Assembly (NCBI GenBank): GCA_900769885.1
Contig: CAAGIG010000087.1
Span: 12,966-76,965 of the forward strand
Source: Rikenellaceae bacterium
GTDB taxonomy: Bacteria; Bacteroidota; Bacteroidia; Bacteroidales; UBA932
Length of the DNA: 64,000 nt
Reading direction: 5' to 3'
The notes under the pieces: model-generated
The model's input: the letters and a program-made list of their open reading frames with translations, nothing else
What the model was told of the DNA's origin: nothing
Databases searched by the model: none
Shown here: positions 41,040-50,600 of the stretch, piece by piece
Numbering within the stretch: position 1 is the stretch's first letter
Layout of the letters: every line of letters begins with the position of its first letter
Position numbers and translations under genes: made by a program

Positions 41040-42381
41040 GAAATTTCTTGCGATTGTAGTTTTTGCAGCAACCCTTACAGGTTGCGTAACAAATAATAGG
41101 GAAACAGGTTCAAATCTTATAACTGATGACTTTCTGCTGACAGCCAAGATTGCATCATTTGATTTGCCAATCACAAATAAAGTGAGCGACTCGGTTCAGG
41201 CGACTACCGGAAAACATATTCTTCTAGGAAGTTTGCGCGATGACGTATATGGAGAAGTATCTTCAGATGGCGCATCTATAATTCTACCATATTCAGATTC
41301 AACCTATTTTGGAGAAAATCCGGTTCTCCATTCTGCATACCTTAGTCTGCACATTGACACAACACTTTACACAGACCCCACTCAAGAGGGAATTCATCAG
41401 AATATCAGCATCTACAAACTGATTACCCCATTGGACAGCACCAAAAACTTCACAAACAGTTTGACAGAAGCAGATTATGATCCTACACCTATTAATAAAG
41501 GTAACCCAATCATCTACTCATCGGGAAAACTAAGAATTGACATTACCGATGAGTATGCACAGGAACTTCTGAACACAACTCCCGAAGAGTTTAAAGATTT
41601 CAAACTTTTCACAGAAAGAATCAAAGGTTTCTACATTACAACAGATGAGCAAAATTCAATGCAACCCGGCAGACTGAACATCCTCAGTCTTGGAAAATCT
41701 ATTCTATATCTCAATTACAGAATGACCGACCCTGAGAGAAATATATACGACCTCGACACCACCGAGTCTTTCTCATTCGGATACTCGATTGCAATGAACA
41801 ACTTCAAGACAGGTTCAAAACATCTTGAAAATGAAAATCCTTCAGACTACATATACCTTGAATCGCTGAATGGAATCAAAGGTCATATTGATGCAAAACA
41901 ACTCAAAACAATGCTCGATACCTGGATTGACGAGAATGGCTACAGCAACAGAACAGTTGTCCTTTCCAGAGCAGAGTTGACTTTGCCATACGAAGCACCT
42001 GAAGACTACAACACATTTGACAAACTCTCTCCAAAGTATATCTACTGCTTCACAAACAATCCCGCAGCAACAGATACTTTGAGATTCTACAAACCACTCC
42101 CTGAAGTGGACTATGTCCCCAACAAGGGTTACATTGACCGCTCACTAATGCAGTACACAATGGATATCACTTCATATATCCAGAATCTCATTACAACTCC
42201 GATTGAAGAAGTCGATGCTACAAAAAATCTATGGATTGCTCCAATGGATTCATATACAGACAAAGCAGGTTTTGTCTATTTTGACTTCGACAACACCAAC
42301 TACAGACGTATCGTCATAAATGGCCCTACTGCTCAGAGAAAGCCTCAACTAACTCTGACATACACAGTTATGCAATACTAA
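41026..42381 (+). CDS. lipoprotein, DUF4270-like
   Basis: 451 aa with the lipobox FAATLTGC. It is the usual downstream partner of the half-size synthase gene in Bacteroidota. Family name is from memory. Overlaps the upstream gene by 14 nt. Confidence 0.55.
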   Translation: MKSVKKFLAIVVFAATLTGCVTNNRETGSNLITDDFLLTAKIASFDLPITNKVSDSVQATTGKHILLGSLRDDVYGEVSSDGASIILPYSDSTYFGENPVLHSAYLSLHIDTTLYTDPTQEGIHQNISIYKLITPLDSTKNFTNSLTEADYDPTPINKGNPIIYSSGKLRIDITDEYAQELLNTTPEEFKDFKLFTERIKGFYITTDEQNSMQPGRLNILSLGKSILYLNYRMTDPERNIYDLDTTESFSFGYSIAMNNFKTGSKHLENENPSDYIYLESLNGIKGHIDAKQLKTMLDTWIDENGYSNRTVVLSRAELTLPYEAPEDYNTFDKLSPKYIYCFTNNPAATDTLRFYKPLPEVDYVPNKGYIDRSLMQYTMDITSYIQNLITTPIEEVDATKNLWIAPMDSYTDKAGFVYFDFDNTNYRRIVINGPTAQRKPQLTLTYTVMQY

Positions 42382-42382
42382 T

Positions 42383-43633
42383 CTAAAATTTCTTGAAAAT
42401 AAGGCAGGAATTGTGTCCTCCAAAACCGAATGTATTGTTTACAGCAACGTTTACTGTACGTTTCTGTGGCTCATTCAATGTCAAATTTAAAGAATAATCA
42501 ATATCTGGATCTTCTTCCGAGAAATTGATTGTTGGAGGTACTATTGAATCGCAAATTGCGTGAATACAAGCCAATGACTCAATAGCGCCTGCCGCTCCGA
42601 GCAAATGGCCGTGCATTGATTTTGTTGAACTGATGTTCAATTTGTAAGCGTGGTCACCAAAGAGACTCTTAACTGCTCTAAGTTCTGCCACATCCCCTAA
42701 CGGAGTAGATGTTCCGTGAACATTGATATAATCTACATCTTCAGGTGAGAGTCCGGCATCCTCAAGGGCCAGACGCATAACTTTAGAGGCTCCCATTCCC
42801 TCAGGATGAGGCGCTGTGATATGATGAGCATCTGCATTCACCCCTGTTCCTGCCACCTCTGCATAGATTTTCGCGCCTCTGCGTAAAGCGTGCTCCAACT
42901 CTTCAAAAATGAGCACAGCAGCACCTTCTCCCATCACAAACCCATCACGGGTTCTGTCAAAAGGTCTGGAAGCTGTTTGATACTCATCGTTATTTGTAGA
43001 AAGTGCCTTAGCAGAATTGAAACCACCTATAGAGGCCTCAGAGACAGGAGCTTCTGCTCCACCTGTAAGAATCATATCAGCTTTGCCCAATCTTATCAGA
43101 TTAACTGCATCACACATTGCGTGAGAAGATGATGCACAAGCCGACGTTGTAGTGTAATTAGGTCCCGCGAATCCATATTTGATCGAAATCAGACCGGGAG
43201 CCATATCTGAAATCATCTTTGTAATAAGAAAAGGACTAAAGCGGGGCATAAAATTACCCACGCAATAATCCTTTAATTCATCGGTAAGACTTTCAATCCC
43301 ACCTATCCCCGAGCCAAGTACTACACCAACTCTATCAAGATTTAGAGTGGTCAAATCAAGACCTCCATCCCTGATGGCCTGCTCTGCTGCAACCATTGCA
43401 AACTGAGCATATTTGTCAATACGTCTTAATTCCTTGCGTTCTATTCCGAACAATGCGGGGTCAAAATCTTTTACAATACAAGCAAACTTGGTCTTGAAAT
43501 GAGTTGTGTCAAAATAAGGAATGAGCGATACGCCGCTAACACCTTTATCGAGGTTTGAGAAAAATTCTTCAACACTATTACCCAAAGGGTTAATTGTTCC
43601 TAGTCCTGTTACAACTACTCTTTTCAGACCCAT
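42383..43633 (-). CDS. fabF: beta-ketoacyl-ACP synthase II
   Basis: 416 aa with active-site ACASS, HGTSTPLGD and GHLLGAAG motifs. Confidence 0.95.
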   Translation of the reverse strand: MGLKRVVVTGLGTINPLGNSVEEFFSNLDKGVSGVSLIPYFDTTHFKTKFACIVKDFDPALFGIERKELRRIDKYAQFAMVAAEQAIRDGGLDLTTLNLDRVGVVLGSGIGGIESLTDELKDYCVGNFMPRFSPFLITKMISDMAPGLISIKYGFAGPNYTTTSACASSSHAMCDAVNLIRLGKADMILTGGAEAPVSEASIGGFNSAKALSTNNDEYQTASRPFDRTRDGFVMGEGAAVLIFEELEHALRRGAKIYAEVAGTGVNADAHHITAPHPEGMGASKVMRLALEDAGLSPEDVDYINVHGTSTPLGDVAELRAVKSLFGDHAYKLNISSTKSMHGHLLGAAGAIESLACIHAICDSIVPPTINFSEEDPDIDYSLNLTLNEPQKRTVNVAVNNTFGFGGHNSCLIFKKF

Positions 43634-43645
43634 CCGTTATTGTAA

Positions 43646-43882
43646 TTATTTCTTGTTTTGTTCGATATAGTTGATAGCGTCTCCTACAGTTGAAATGCTT
43701 TCAGCTGCATCATCAGGAATTTCAATATCGAATTTCTTTTCAAATTCCATAATCAATTCCACGGTATCAAGTGAGTCTGCACCCAAATCATTGGTGAAAC
43801 TTGCTGTGGGAGTTACTTCGCTTTCATCTACGCCAAGTTTGTTAACAATAATGGCTACTACTTCTGCTTTAATATCTGCCAT
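43646..43882 (-). CDS. acpP: acyl carrier protein
   Basis: 78 aa with the [16 protein letters not shown] phosphopantetheine site. Confidence 0.95.
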   Translation of the reverse strand: MADIKAEVVAIIVNKLGVDESEVTPTASFTNDLGADSLDTVELIMEFEKKFDIEIPDDAAESISTVGDAINYIEQNKK

Positions 43883-44021
43883 GGTTCAAATTTTAGTGAT
43901 TAATAAATATTGTTACTATTAAAAAAATTGTCAACTTTTGTTGCAACTAAGTCGCAAACTAACAAATAATTTTTGAGAAAATGAAATTTTTGGTCAAATT
44001 TGTACCAAGTTTAACGGAAAA

Positions 44022-44630
44022 ATGATGAACAACAACAAGAAAAATATCGTCGTATTAGCCTCAGGTTCAGGCACTAACGCAGAGAACATCATAAACTTCT
44101 CAAAACTCGACAATTCAGCATTCAATGTGGTTTCAGTAATGTGCAACAAGGCAGATGCCTACGTTTTAACAAGGGCAGCAAACCACAACATTCCATCTAT
44201 CGTATTCAGTTCCAAAGAGTTAAAAGAAAACAGACTCAAACTGAATGGTCAGGAAAGCACCTTCACAGAGTACCTGAAAGAACACAATATTGAATATATT
44301 ATCCTTGCAGGATTCCTTCTTAAAATACCTGCATATCTCATCGAGATGTACAAAGGAAGAATACTTAATATACACCCTGCCCTCCTCCCAAATTATGGTG
44401 GCAAAGGGATGTATGGGGAGCACGTACATCAGGCAGTGATTGCTGCAAAAGAGAAAAAATCGGGAATTACAATCCATATTGCAGATGAACACTATGACCA
44501 CGGCCAGACCGTTCATCAAAGCGAATGTGAAATAACACCAGAAGACACCCCGGAAACATTGGCTCAGAAAATTCACGAACTGGAGAGGATTTACCCCACA
44601 GTTATTAATAATTTCATCAAATCAATTTAA
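44022..44630 (+). CDS. purN: phosphoribosylglycinamide formyltransferase
   Basis: 202 aa with VLASGSGTNAENII, ILAGFL, ILNIHPALLP and SGITIH motifs. Confidence 0.85.
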   Translation: MMNNNKKNIVVLASGSGTNAENIINFSKLDNSAFNVVSVMCNKADAYVLTRAANHNIPSIVFSSKELKENRLKLNGQESTFTEYLKEHNIEYIILAGFLLKIPAYLIEMYKGRILNIHPALLPNYGGKGMYGEHVHQAVIAAKEKKSGITIHIADEHYDHGQTVHQSECEITPEDTPETLAQKIHELERIYPTVINNFIKSI

Positions 44631-44647
44631 TTTTCAAAAAACAAATT

Positions 44648-46432
44648 ATGAGAAAGAGTTTTCTTTTTATCGCTGTAGCCCTATGCGCGATGATTACTTC
44701 GTGTAATAAGGATGTTCCAACCGTTATTGAAGCTACTTTGGATGTAAACAAAACTTCTGTAACATTTTCAGAACAGCAACAAGAACCCCAAGAAATTAAA
44801 GTGACTTCCACTTACCCTTGGGAACTTACCTCACCCGCAGACTGGTTTACCGTAACTCCTGCCAGCGGAGAAGCAGGTGAAACCACTGTAACAATCACAC
44901 TTAACACAACTGACTTCTCAGCTGAACTATCTGAGCAAATTGTCATCACCTCTGAAGAACTTACAAAAACAATCAATGTATATCTTTCTGAAACTCCAAT
45001 TGTAGAGACAGAATCAATCAAGATTAAAGCTCCCCGCAGAAAAGTGGTCGTGGGCGAATCAATGGAATTCGAAGTAACCATTAACCCTGAAGGTTCCACA
45101 CTTCCCGGTGAAATCACCTGGAGCACCTCTGCTGAAGAGATTGCAACCATTGAAAATGGTGTAATTACCGGTGTTGCAGCAGGAGTTGTTACCTTTACTG
45201 CTTCTGTTGAAGGTCTGGAAGATGCTACCTACGAAATGGAAGTGACCGACGAATTCATCACAGACGGTACAGGTGAAGAGATCACTTTTGACTATTTGAG
45301 CCAATTTGAATTCTCCGGAGTTACAGCAACCGACTACGGATACCATTTGAATTCTAATTTCACCATTGCTGTAAACGATGTTTTGAGAATGAAAGAAGAG
45401 AAACACATTACAGCTGCAGCAGGTGTTATCATCTACATTGAAGGTCTTTTGGATTTGGGTGGCGAAAACCCTGTTTCATTTGAGAAAGAAGATTATGAAA
45501 GTGAAGATGCTTCTATCTATTTCACAGGAGACATTGAAGCGGGTGGACAAATCACAAATATTGCATTCTACGGAGTTTACTTCAGATACTATGGTGTGTC
45601 AGACGTTTCTGTAACAAACTGCTATTTCGAAGGTGTAACATCAAACAACTCAGTATTCAATCTTGGTGGTGACGGTACTATCACTATCGATGGTTGCGAA
45701 TTCGTTGAGAATGCTTATCCTGCAATCTCAGGTGCTGCAAACATCGCTACCGGTCTTGTATTCAGCAACAATGAACTATACCAAAACAGCTGGAACGCAA
45801 CCAACAAACCTCAAATCAACGTTACAGTTGGTGGCGACAAGAGCGTAGAAATCCTTAACAATACCGTAATCGGACCAGCAGAAGTTACTATGAATGGCGG
45901 TATCGCAGTTTCAAATATGGTAAACTTGACAGGAAGCAACAATGTACTTATCGAAGGAAATGATGTTCAGGACAACAGATATGGTATCACTCTATACGGA
46001 GCAATGAATGCCACTATCAATGACAACTACCTATTGAACAACAACTACGAATCAAATGCAATGAATGGTGGTAGTGGTTTGAGTTTCTACTATATGGGTA
46101 CAGAATTGAATATTATGATGAGTGGAAACCATATCGAAGGTCACTTCTGGGGCATCACCAATATCTCAATGACCGGAACCAGTGGTCCTAACTTGAACTT
46201 GGGTAACCTTGAAGATGAAGATAATTACAATCCTGGCGGAAACGTATTTATCAACAACGGAAACAACGGTGTTCTATACGACTTGTACAACAACTCAGCT
46301 AACACCGTTTATGCTCAAGGAAACACCTGGAATGTAGAGGTTCAGGACCAAGAGAGCATTGAAGGAGTTATTTTCCACAAAAATGACAACAGCGCATTGG
46401 GTGAAGTAATCTTTATGCCAGCTGCTGAATAA
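44648..46432 (+). CDS. surface lipoprotein: BACON-like domain + Ig-like (Big_2) domain + right-handed parallel beta-helix repeats
   Basis: 594 aa. Lipobox AMITSC. BACON-like segment (YPWELTSPADWFTVTPASGEAGETTVTITLN). Big_2-like segment (ITWSTSAEEIATIENGVITGVAAGVVTFTA). Repeated N/G-rich approximately 22-aa turns (IEGNDVQDNRYGITLYG, MSGNHIEGHFWGITN). Only 17 nt downstream of purN. Confidence 0.7.
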   Translation: MRKSFLFIAVALCAMITSCNKDVPTVIEATLDVNKTSVTFSEQQQEPQEIKVTSTYPWELTSPADWFTVTPASGEAGETTVTITLNTTDFSAELSEQIVITSEELTKTINVYLSETPIVETESIKIKAPRRKVVVGESMEFEVTINPEGSTLPGEITWSTSAEEIATIENGVITGVAAGVVTFTASVEGLEDATYEMEVTDEFITDGTGEEITFDYLSQFEFSGVTATDYGYHLNSNFTIAVNDVLRMKEEKHITAAAGVIIYIEGLLDLGGENPVSFEKEDYESEDASIYFTGDIEAGGQITNIAFYGVYFRYYGVSDVSVTNCYFEGVTSNNSVFNLGGDGTITIDGCEFVENAYPAISGAANIATGLVFSNNELYQNSWNATNKPQINVTVGGDKSVEILNNTVIGPAEVTMNGGIAVSNMVNLTGSNNVLIEGNDVQDNRYGITLYGAMNATINDNYLLNNNYESNAMNGGSGLSFYYMGTELNIMMSGNHIEGHFWGITNISMTGTSGPNLNLGNLEDEDNYNPGGNVFINNGNNGVLYDLYNNSANTVYAQGNTWNVEVQDQESIEGVIFHKNDNSALGEVIFMPAAE

Positions 46433-46458
46433 TTTGACAGAACTTCATAAATAACACA

Positions 46459-46501
46459 GGGGCGTGACTGCAAATCAAATCAGTCACGCCCCTTTCTTTT
46501 T
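46459..46501. terminator. rho-independent terminator between convergent genes (strong on +, possibly bidirectional)
   Basis: Perfect 12-bp GC-rich stem (GGGGCGTGACTG / CAGTCACGCCCC), 10-nt loop, then TTTCTTTTT on the plus strand. Confidence 0.8.
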
Positions 46502-46519
46502 CCGAAACAAAAAAGGAGA

Positions 46520-46864
46520 CTAAGGCATACCCGGTCCCAATGGCATATCAGGAGAAATGAGTATATAAGTAGTCTTTCCTTTATTTATATAGTAGATTCG
46601 TTGCACCCATTGGTCGTAATCATTTGCGTAAACTTTAATAGCTACAGTTTCAGGAAGAGGCTCGAAATATTGAGTCTGATGCGGAGTGAAATAGGCGGAG
46701 GTCATACTTACCTCCCTCTGTTGCTGGTCAAATTCATAAAATGAAAATGAGAGTTCATAAGGGGTGTTGTTACACACTTCATATTCTGTTCTGGAGCCCC
46801 ACTCACACGATGTGGCCAATAAAATAACGCTGAACAGAATCACAAATAACTGGTTATACTTCAT
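46520..46864 (-). CDS. small hypothetical lipoprotein
   Basis: 114 aa from an internal ATG (MKYNQLFVILFSVILLATSC lipobox). No recognisable family. Confidence 0.5.
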   Translation of the reverse strand: MKYNQLFVILFSVILLATSCEWGSRTEYEVCNNTPYELSFSFYEFDQQQREVSMTSAYFTPHQTQYFEPLPETVAIKVYANDYDQWVQRIYYINKGKTTYILISPDMPLGPGMP

Positions 46865-46939
46865 ATTATAGATTGCTACTTTTCGTTTGAACAAAGGGCA
46901 ATTATATAAATTTTTTTACACACTTCGGGAAAAAATTCT

Positions 46940-46947
46940 TACATTTG
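46940..46947 (+). promoter_or_regulatory. putative -7 box (TACATTTG) for tRNA-Leu
   Basis: Exact TAnnTTTG, ending 12 nt before the first tRNA nucleotide. Confidence 0.5.
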
Positions 46948-46959
46948 CGAACTTTTTCT

Positions 46960-47045
46960 GCTCGGGTGGTGGAATAGGTAGACACGCAGGACTTAAAATC
47001 CTGTGGGCAGAAATGCCCGTACGGGTTCGATTCCCGTCCCGAGCA
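46960..47045 (+). tRNA. tRNA-Leu (anticodon UAA)
   Basis: Folded by hand. Acceptor stem GCTCGGG/CCCGAGC plus discriminator A. Anticodon stem CAGGA/TCCTG with loop CTTAAAA. Long variable arm GGGCA-gaaa-TGCCC. T arm ACGGG-TTCGATT-CCCGT. No encoded CCA. Confidence 0.9.
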
Positions 47046-47056
47046 CGAAAAACTCC

Positions 47057-47091
47057 AAAAGCATTCTTCTTTAACAGGGGAATGCTTTTTT
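47057..47091 (+). terminator. rho-independent terminator after tRNA-Leu
   Basis: 10-bp stem (AAAAGCATTC / GAATGCTTTT), 13-nt loop, T-run. Confidence 0.65.
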
Positions 47092-47212
47092 AGTACTCCA
47101 TCGCGATTGAGGTTTCTCATTTTATCAAAAATTTCATCATACAATTGTAATATTGTAGTCTTTTTTGCTAATAATTACTATCTTCGCCACTTATTACGAA
47201 AAGACTATTTTT

Positions 47213-47566
47213 ATGAAAATTGCAGTACCCACCAGAGATGGTGCAGTTGATAATCATTTCGGTCATTGCGCATACTACACAATCTATGAAGTAGTAAATG
47301 GAGAGGTGTCTCAAAAAATGACTATGGCATCTCCTCAAGGATGCGGATGCAAATCAAACATCGCTTCAGTATTCAGAGAAATGGGAGTCCGCCTCCTACT
47401 TGGAGGAAGTATGGGCCAAGGGGCCAAAAATGTACTTGAGTCCAATGGAATAGAGGTAATCAGAGGTTGCTCCGGAGATGTTGACCAACTTATATCCGAC
47501 TACCTTGCCGGAAAAATCAAAGACAGCGGCGAAGGATGTCACAGTCATCACGACTGCCAGGGATAA
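47213..47566 (+). CDS. NifB/NifX-family (dinitrogenase FeMo-cofactor-binding fold) small protein with C-terminal Cys/His tail
   Basis: 117 aa from an internal ATG. MKIAVPTRDGAVDNHFGHCAYYTIYEV is the typical N-terminus of this family. The tail is GEGCHSHHDCQG. Confidence 0.7.
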   Translation: MKIAVPTRDGAVDNHFGHCAYYTIYEVVNGEVSQKMTMASPQGCGCKSNIASVFREMGVRLLLGGSMGQGAKNVLESNGIEVIRGCSGDVDQLISDYLAGKIKDSGEGCHSHHDCQG

Positions 47567-47616
47567 AAATCATCAAACCCGAAAACACAATCAAAACATT
47601 TTTAATAAACAAACAA

Positions 47617-50600
47617 ATGAAAAAATTTCTATTATTAACAATCTCGGCACTAGTTCTTGCCCTTTCTTCTTGTAAAGAGACAGTTCCAGAGCCCACAGTT
47701 AAAGCTGTTGCCGGAGAAGCAACTGAAAACTCTTTGAGTTTCACTGTAACTCCCACTAATGCTGAATCTGGTGCATACCTTTGTGTAGAAGGTTCACAAG
47801 AGATCAGTTCTGCTGAAGATATCTTGGCACAAGGTATCAAATTTGATGTTTCTAAAGAGAGCACTCAAACCGTTTCAAATCTAAGAAAAGGTACTGAGTA
47901 CACTATTATGGTGGCTGTAAGTGCAGGCCCTCATAAAGTTGCCGCTACCCCTTTCAAAATGAAAACCCAAGGTGGTCCTCCTACCATTACCATTGAAGAA
48001 GGTACTGCTTCAGGTTCATCTCTTTCATTCGTAGCTAACACAACTAACGCTACTAAAGCTGCTTACGTTATCTTCACAGAAGGTGAAGCTCCTGCAGCTG
48101 AAGAGATCATTGCACAAGGTACTGAATTCAACGTTGGTGAAAACGTAACTGTAACTGTTACTGAACTTGCAGCGGCTACTGAATATATCATCGTTGCTGC
48201 AGCTACCGACGGTGAAACCACTGTAGCTTCTGAAGCTCTTGAAATGACTACTACCAACGGTCAAACCGAAGGCGGTATCACAGAAGTAACCGGTAGAAGA
48301 TGGCACAAATACAACTATGGTCTTAACATCCACAACAACGAAGGATGTTATGCATTCATCAATATGTATTTGGATGCTCCCGGTCCTGGTGGAGTTATTC
48401 CTGAAGGAACTTACCCTGTAATGTCTTATGATGGTGAATATGACGGTGGTGGAGAGCCTATTACTCCTGCTGCTTCTTCATTCATCTGGGATATGGGTTC
48501 TTTGATGACTTTCGATGATCAATACTACAACACAGGTAACTACACTTCACCTGCATCAGGTTACATCAAAGTTTCTCACCTAAGCAATGGTTACAAATTG
48601 GAAATTGACCTTACCGACACCGACGGTTACAATATGAAAGGTGTATACGAAGGTGTTGTAGGCTATACCTTTGAACAAGAAGGTTTCAGCAACCCTCCTA
48701 TTCCTTGGAACGAAACAACTATCGAAGGTAACCTAACTTCAGTAACCGGTACAAACTTTGGTAACGAAGGTGGTTTCTATCTATGGATGAAAACCGAACA
48801 AGGACCTTATGATATCTTTATGATTCTTCGTAACCCTGTTGTTTACGACGGTCTAATCCCTGAAGGAACCTACACCGTTGGTAACTTCGATCCTGAAAAT
48901 CCTGATCTTCTTGTAATTGACGGTTCTGAAGAACAATCACAAGCACAACTTGAATCAGACCACAGAAGATATCTTGTTGACGGTGGTACAATGACTGTTA
49001 CCCACGTTACCGGTGGTTACAACCTAGTTCTTAACTTCGAAAACGAACTTAAGACCAAATTCAACATCACTTGGGAAGGTGCTATTACAGACCACTGGGG
49101 AGATGGTGAATTTATGAATCCTGAAGGACCTGCAAAACCTGAAATTGAATGGGAATATTTGGATTGCCAATACTTCAACGACCAAAACTACATCTTGGCA
49201 GGTAAAGGTACTCAAGGTTCAGAAGTAGTAGAATTTTTGTTTGAATTGTATTGTCCAAGCTCACTATACAAAATTCTTCCTAAAGCTGAATATACATTTG
49301 GTGGTACTGAATACTATTTCACTGGCTCATATGTAAACAACAGCGCTGTTAACGGCGGTCTTGTTAAAGTAGACCACTTGAAAGAAGGTTACGACCTTTA
49401 TATTCAAGTAACTACCGAAGATGGCAATACATACAAACTATCATACGAAGGTATTATCGCTGACTACGAAAATTCAGGTTTCCAAAACCCTCCTGTACCT
49501 GGTGCTGAAGAAAACAACTGTACAGTATTCGGTGCAGCAGGCAGCTATGGCAGCACATCTTACACCCTTGTATTCAAAGAAGGTAACAAAGAAAAATTGA
49601 ACCTTAATGTAAACTGCCCTTGGTCTGTATGTAACATCATCCCTGAAGGTGAATATCCTGTAGACACAAAAGTATCTTGGGACACCCCTTCACAATATGA
49701 TTACTATGTAAATGCTAACAACTCATACGCAGGTAGCAAATCTCTAACTTCAGGTCTTCTTGTTGTATCTCACCTTGAAGATGGCGGTTACACCATCACT
49801 TTCGAAGGAACTGACAATGGTGGTAACACATACGACTACAACTTCACCGGAGTTATGGAACCTACCGACAACTGGAGCACAATCAACAACCCTCCTATTC
49901 CTTGGAAAGACATCACTGTAAATACAGAAGTTCTTGCTCTAACCGGTGACCACACCACACCTGAAAAAGAATTCAGATTGACAGTTATGTTGGGTGACTA
50001 TCCTTACGATATGTATTTGGTTCTTGAAGCTCCTGAAACTGTACAAGACGGTATCATCCCTGAAGGTACTTACACCATCGGTGGAGAATATGGTATCGGT
50101 GCTAACTCTTGGGTAAATGACGGAGAATGGGAAGTTGGTTTCACAGGAAACTCTTCAGTAACCATTACTCACCTTGACGAAGGTTATGGTGTTGAATTTG
50201 CTCTTGAAACACAACTTAAGACTAAGATCAATGCTACCCGCAACGGTCTTATCTTCAAAACTCAAGGTGCTCAATACGATTTCCAGAACCCTGGTTACGA
50301 ATACGAACCTTACTATGACATCGTAATGACTCAAGGTGCATCTGCAGGAACTATCACCACTAACAACACTGGTGTAGAACTTAAGAGATACGTATTCCAA
50401 AGCGCAGCCGGAGACTATATGGAAATGGCATTCTACAAAGAATCTGCTGAACCATATCTACAAGAAGGTACTTACACTCCTGGTGACGAGTTCGATCCAA
50501 GATATCCTTTCGGACCTTTCACATTCTGGGGTAACGGATGTCCTCTAACTATTGTAGGTTCAGGCCAATCATATCCTTACTATATGTCTAACGGTACTAT

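Noticed and set aside
43883-44021. Divergent acpP/purN promoter boxes
   Set aside because: Only near-matches to TAnnTTTG are present (for example TCAAATTTG and AACTTTTG). There is no exact box, so I do not annotate promoters here.
47536-47616. N-terminal extensions of tracked ORFs (also 22626-22676, 57499-57582, 61866-61967, 35752-35844, 28908-28976, 14288-14392, 47165-47212, 53545-53598, 46865-46894, and the TTG start at 36674)
   Set aside because: In each case an internal ATG gives a canonical family N-terminus or signal peptide. The extension overlaps an upstream gene, a terminator or a promoter box.
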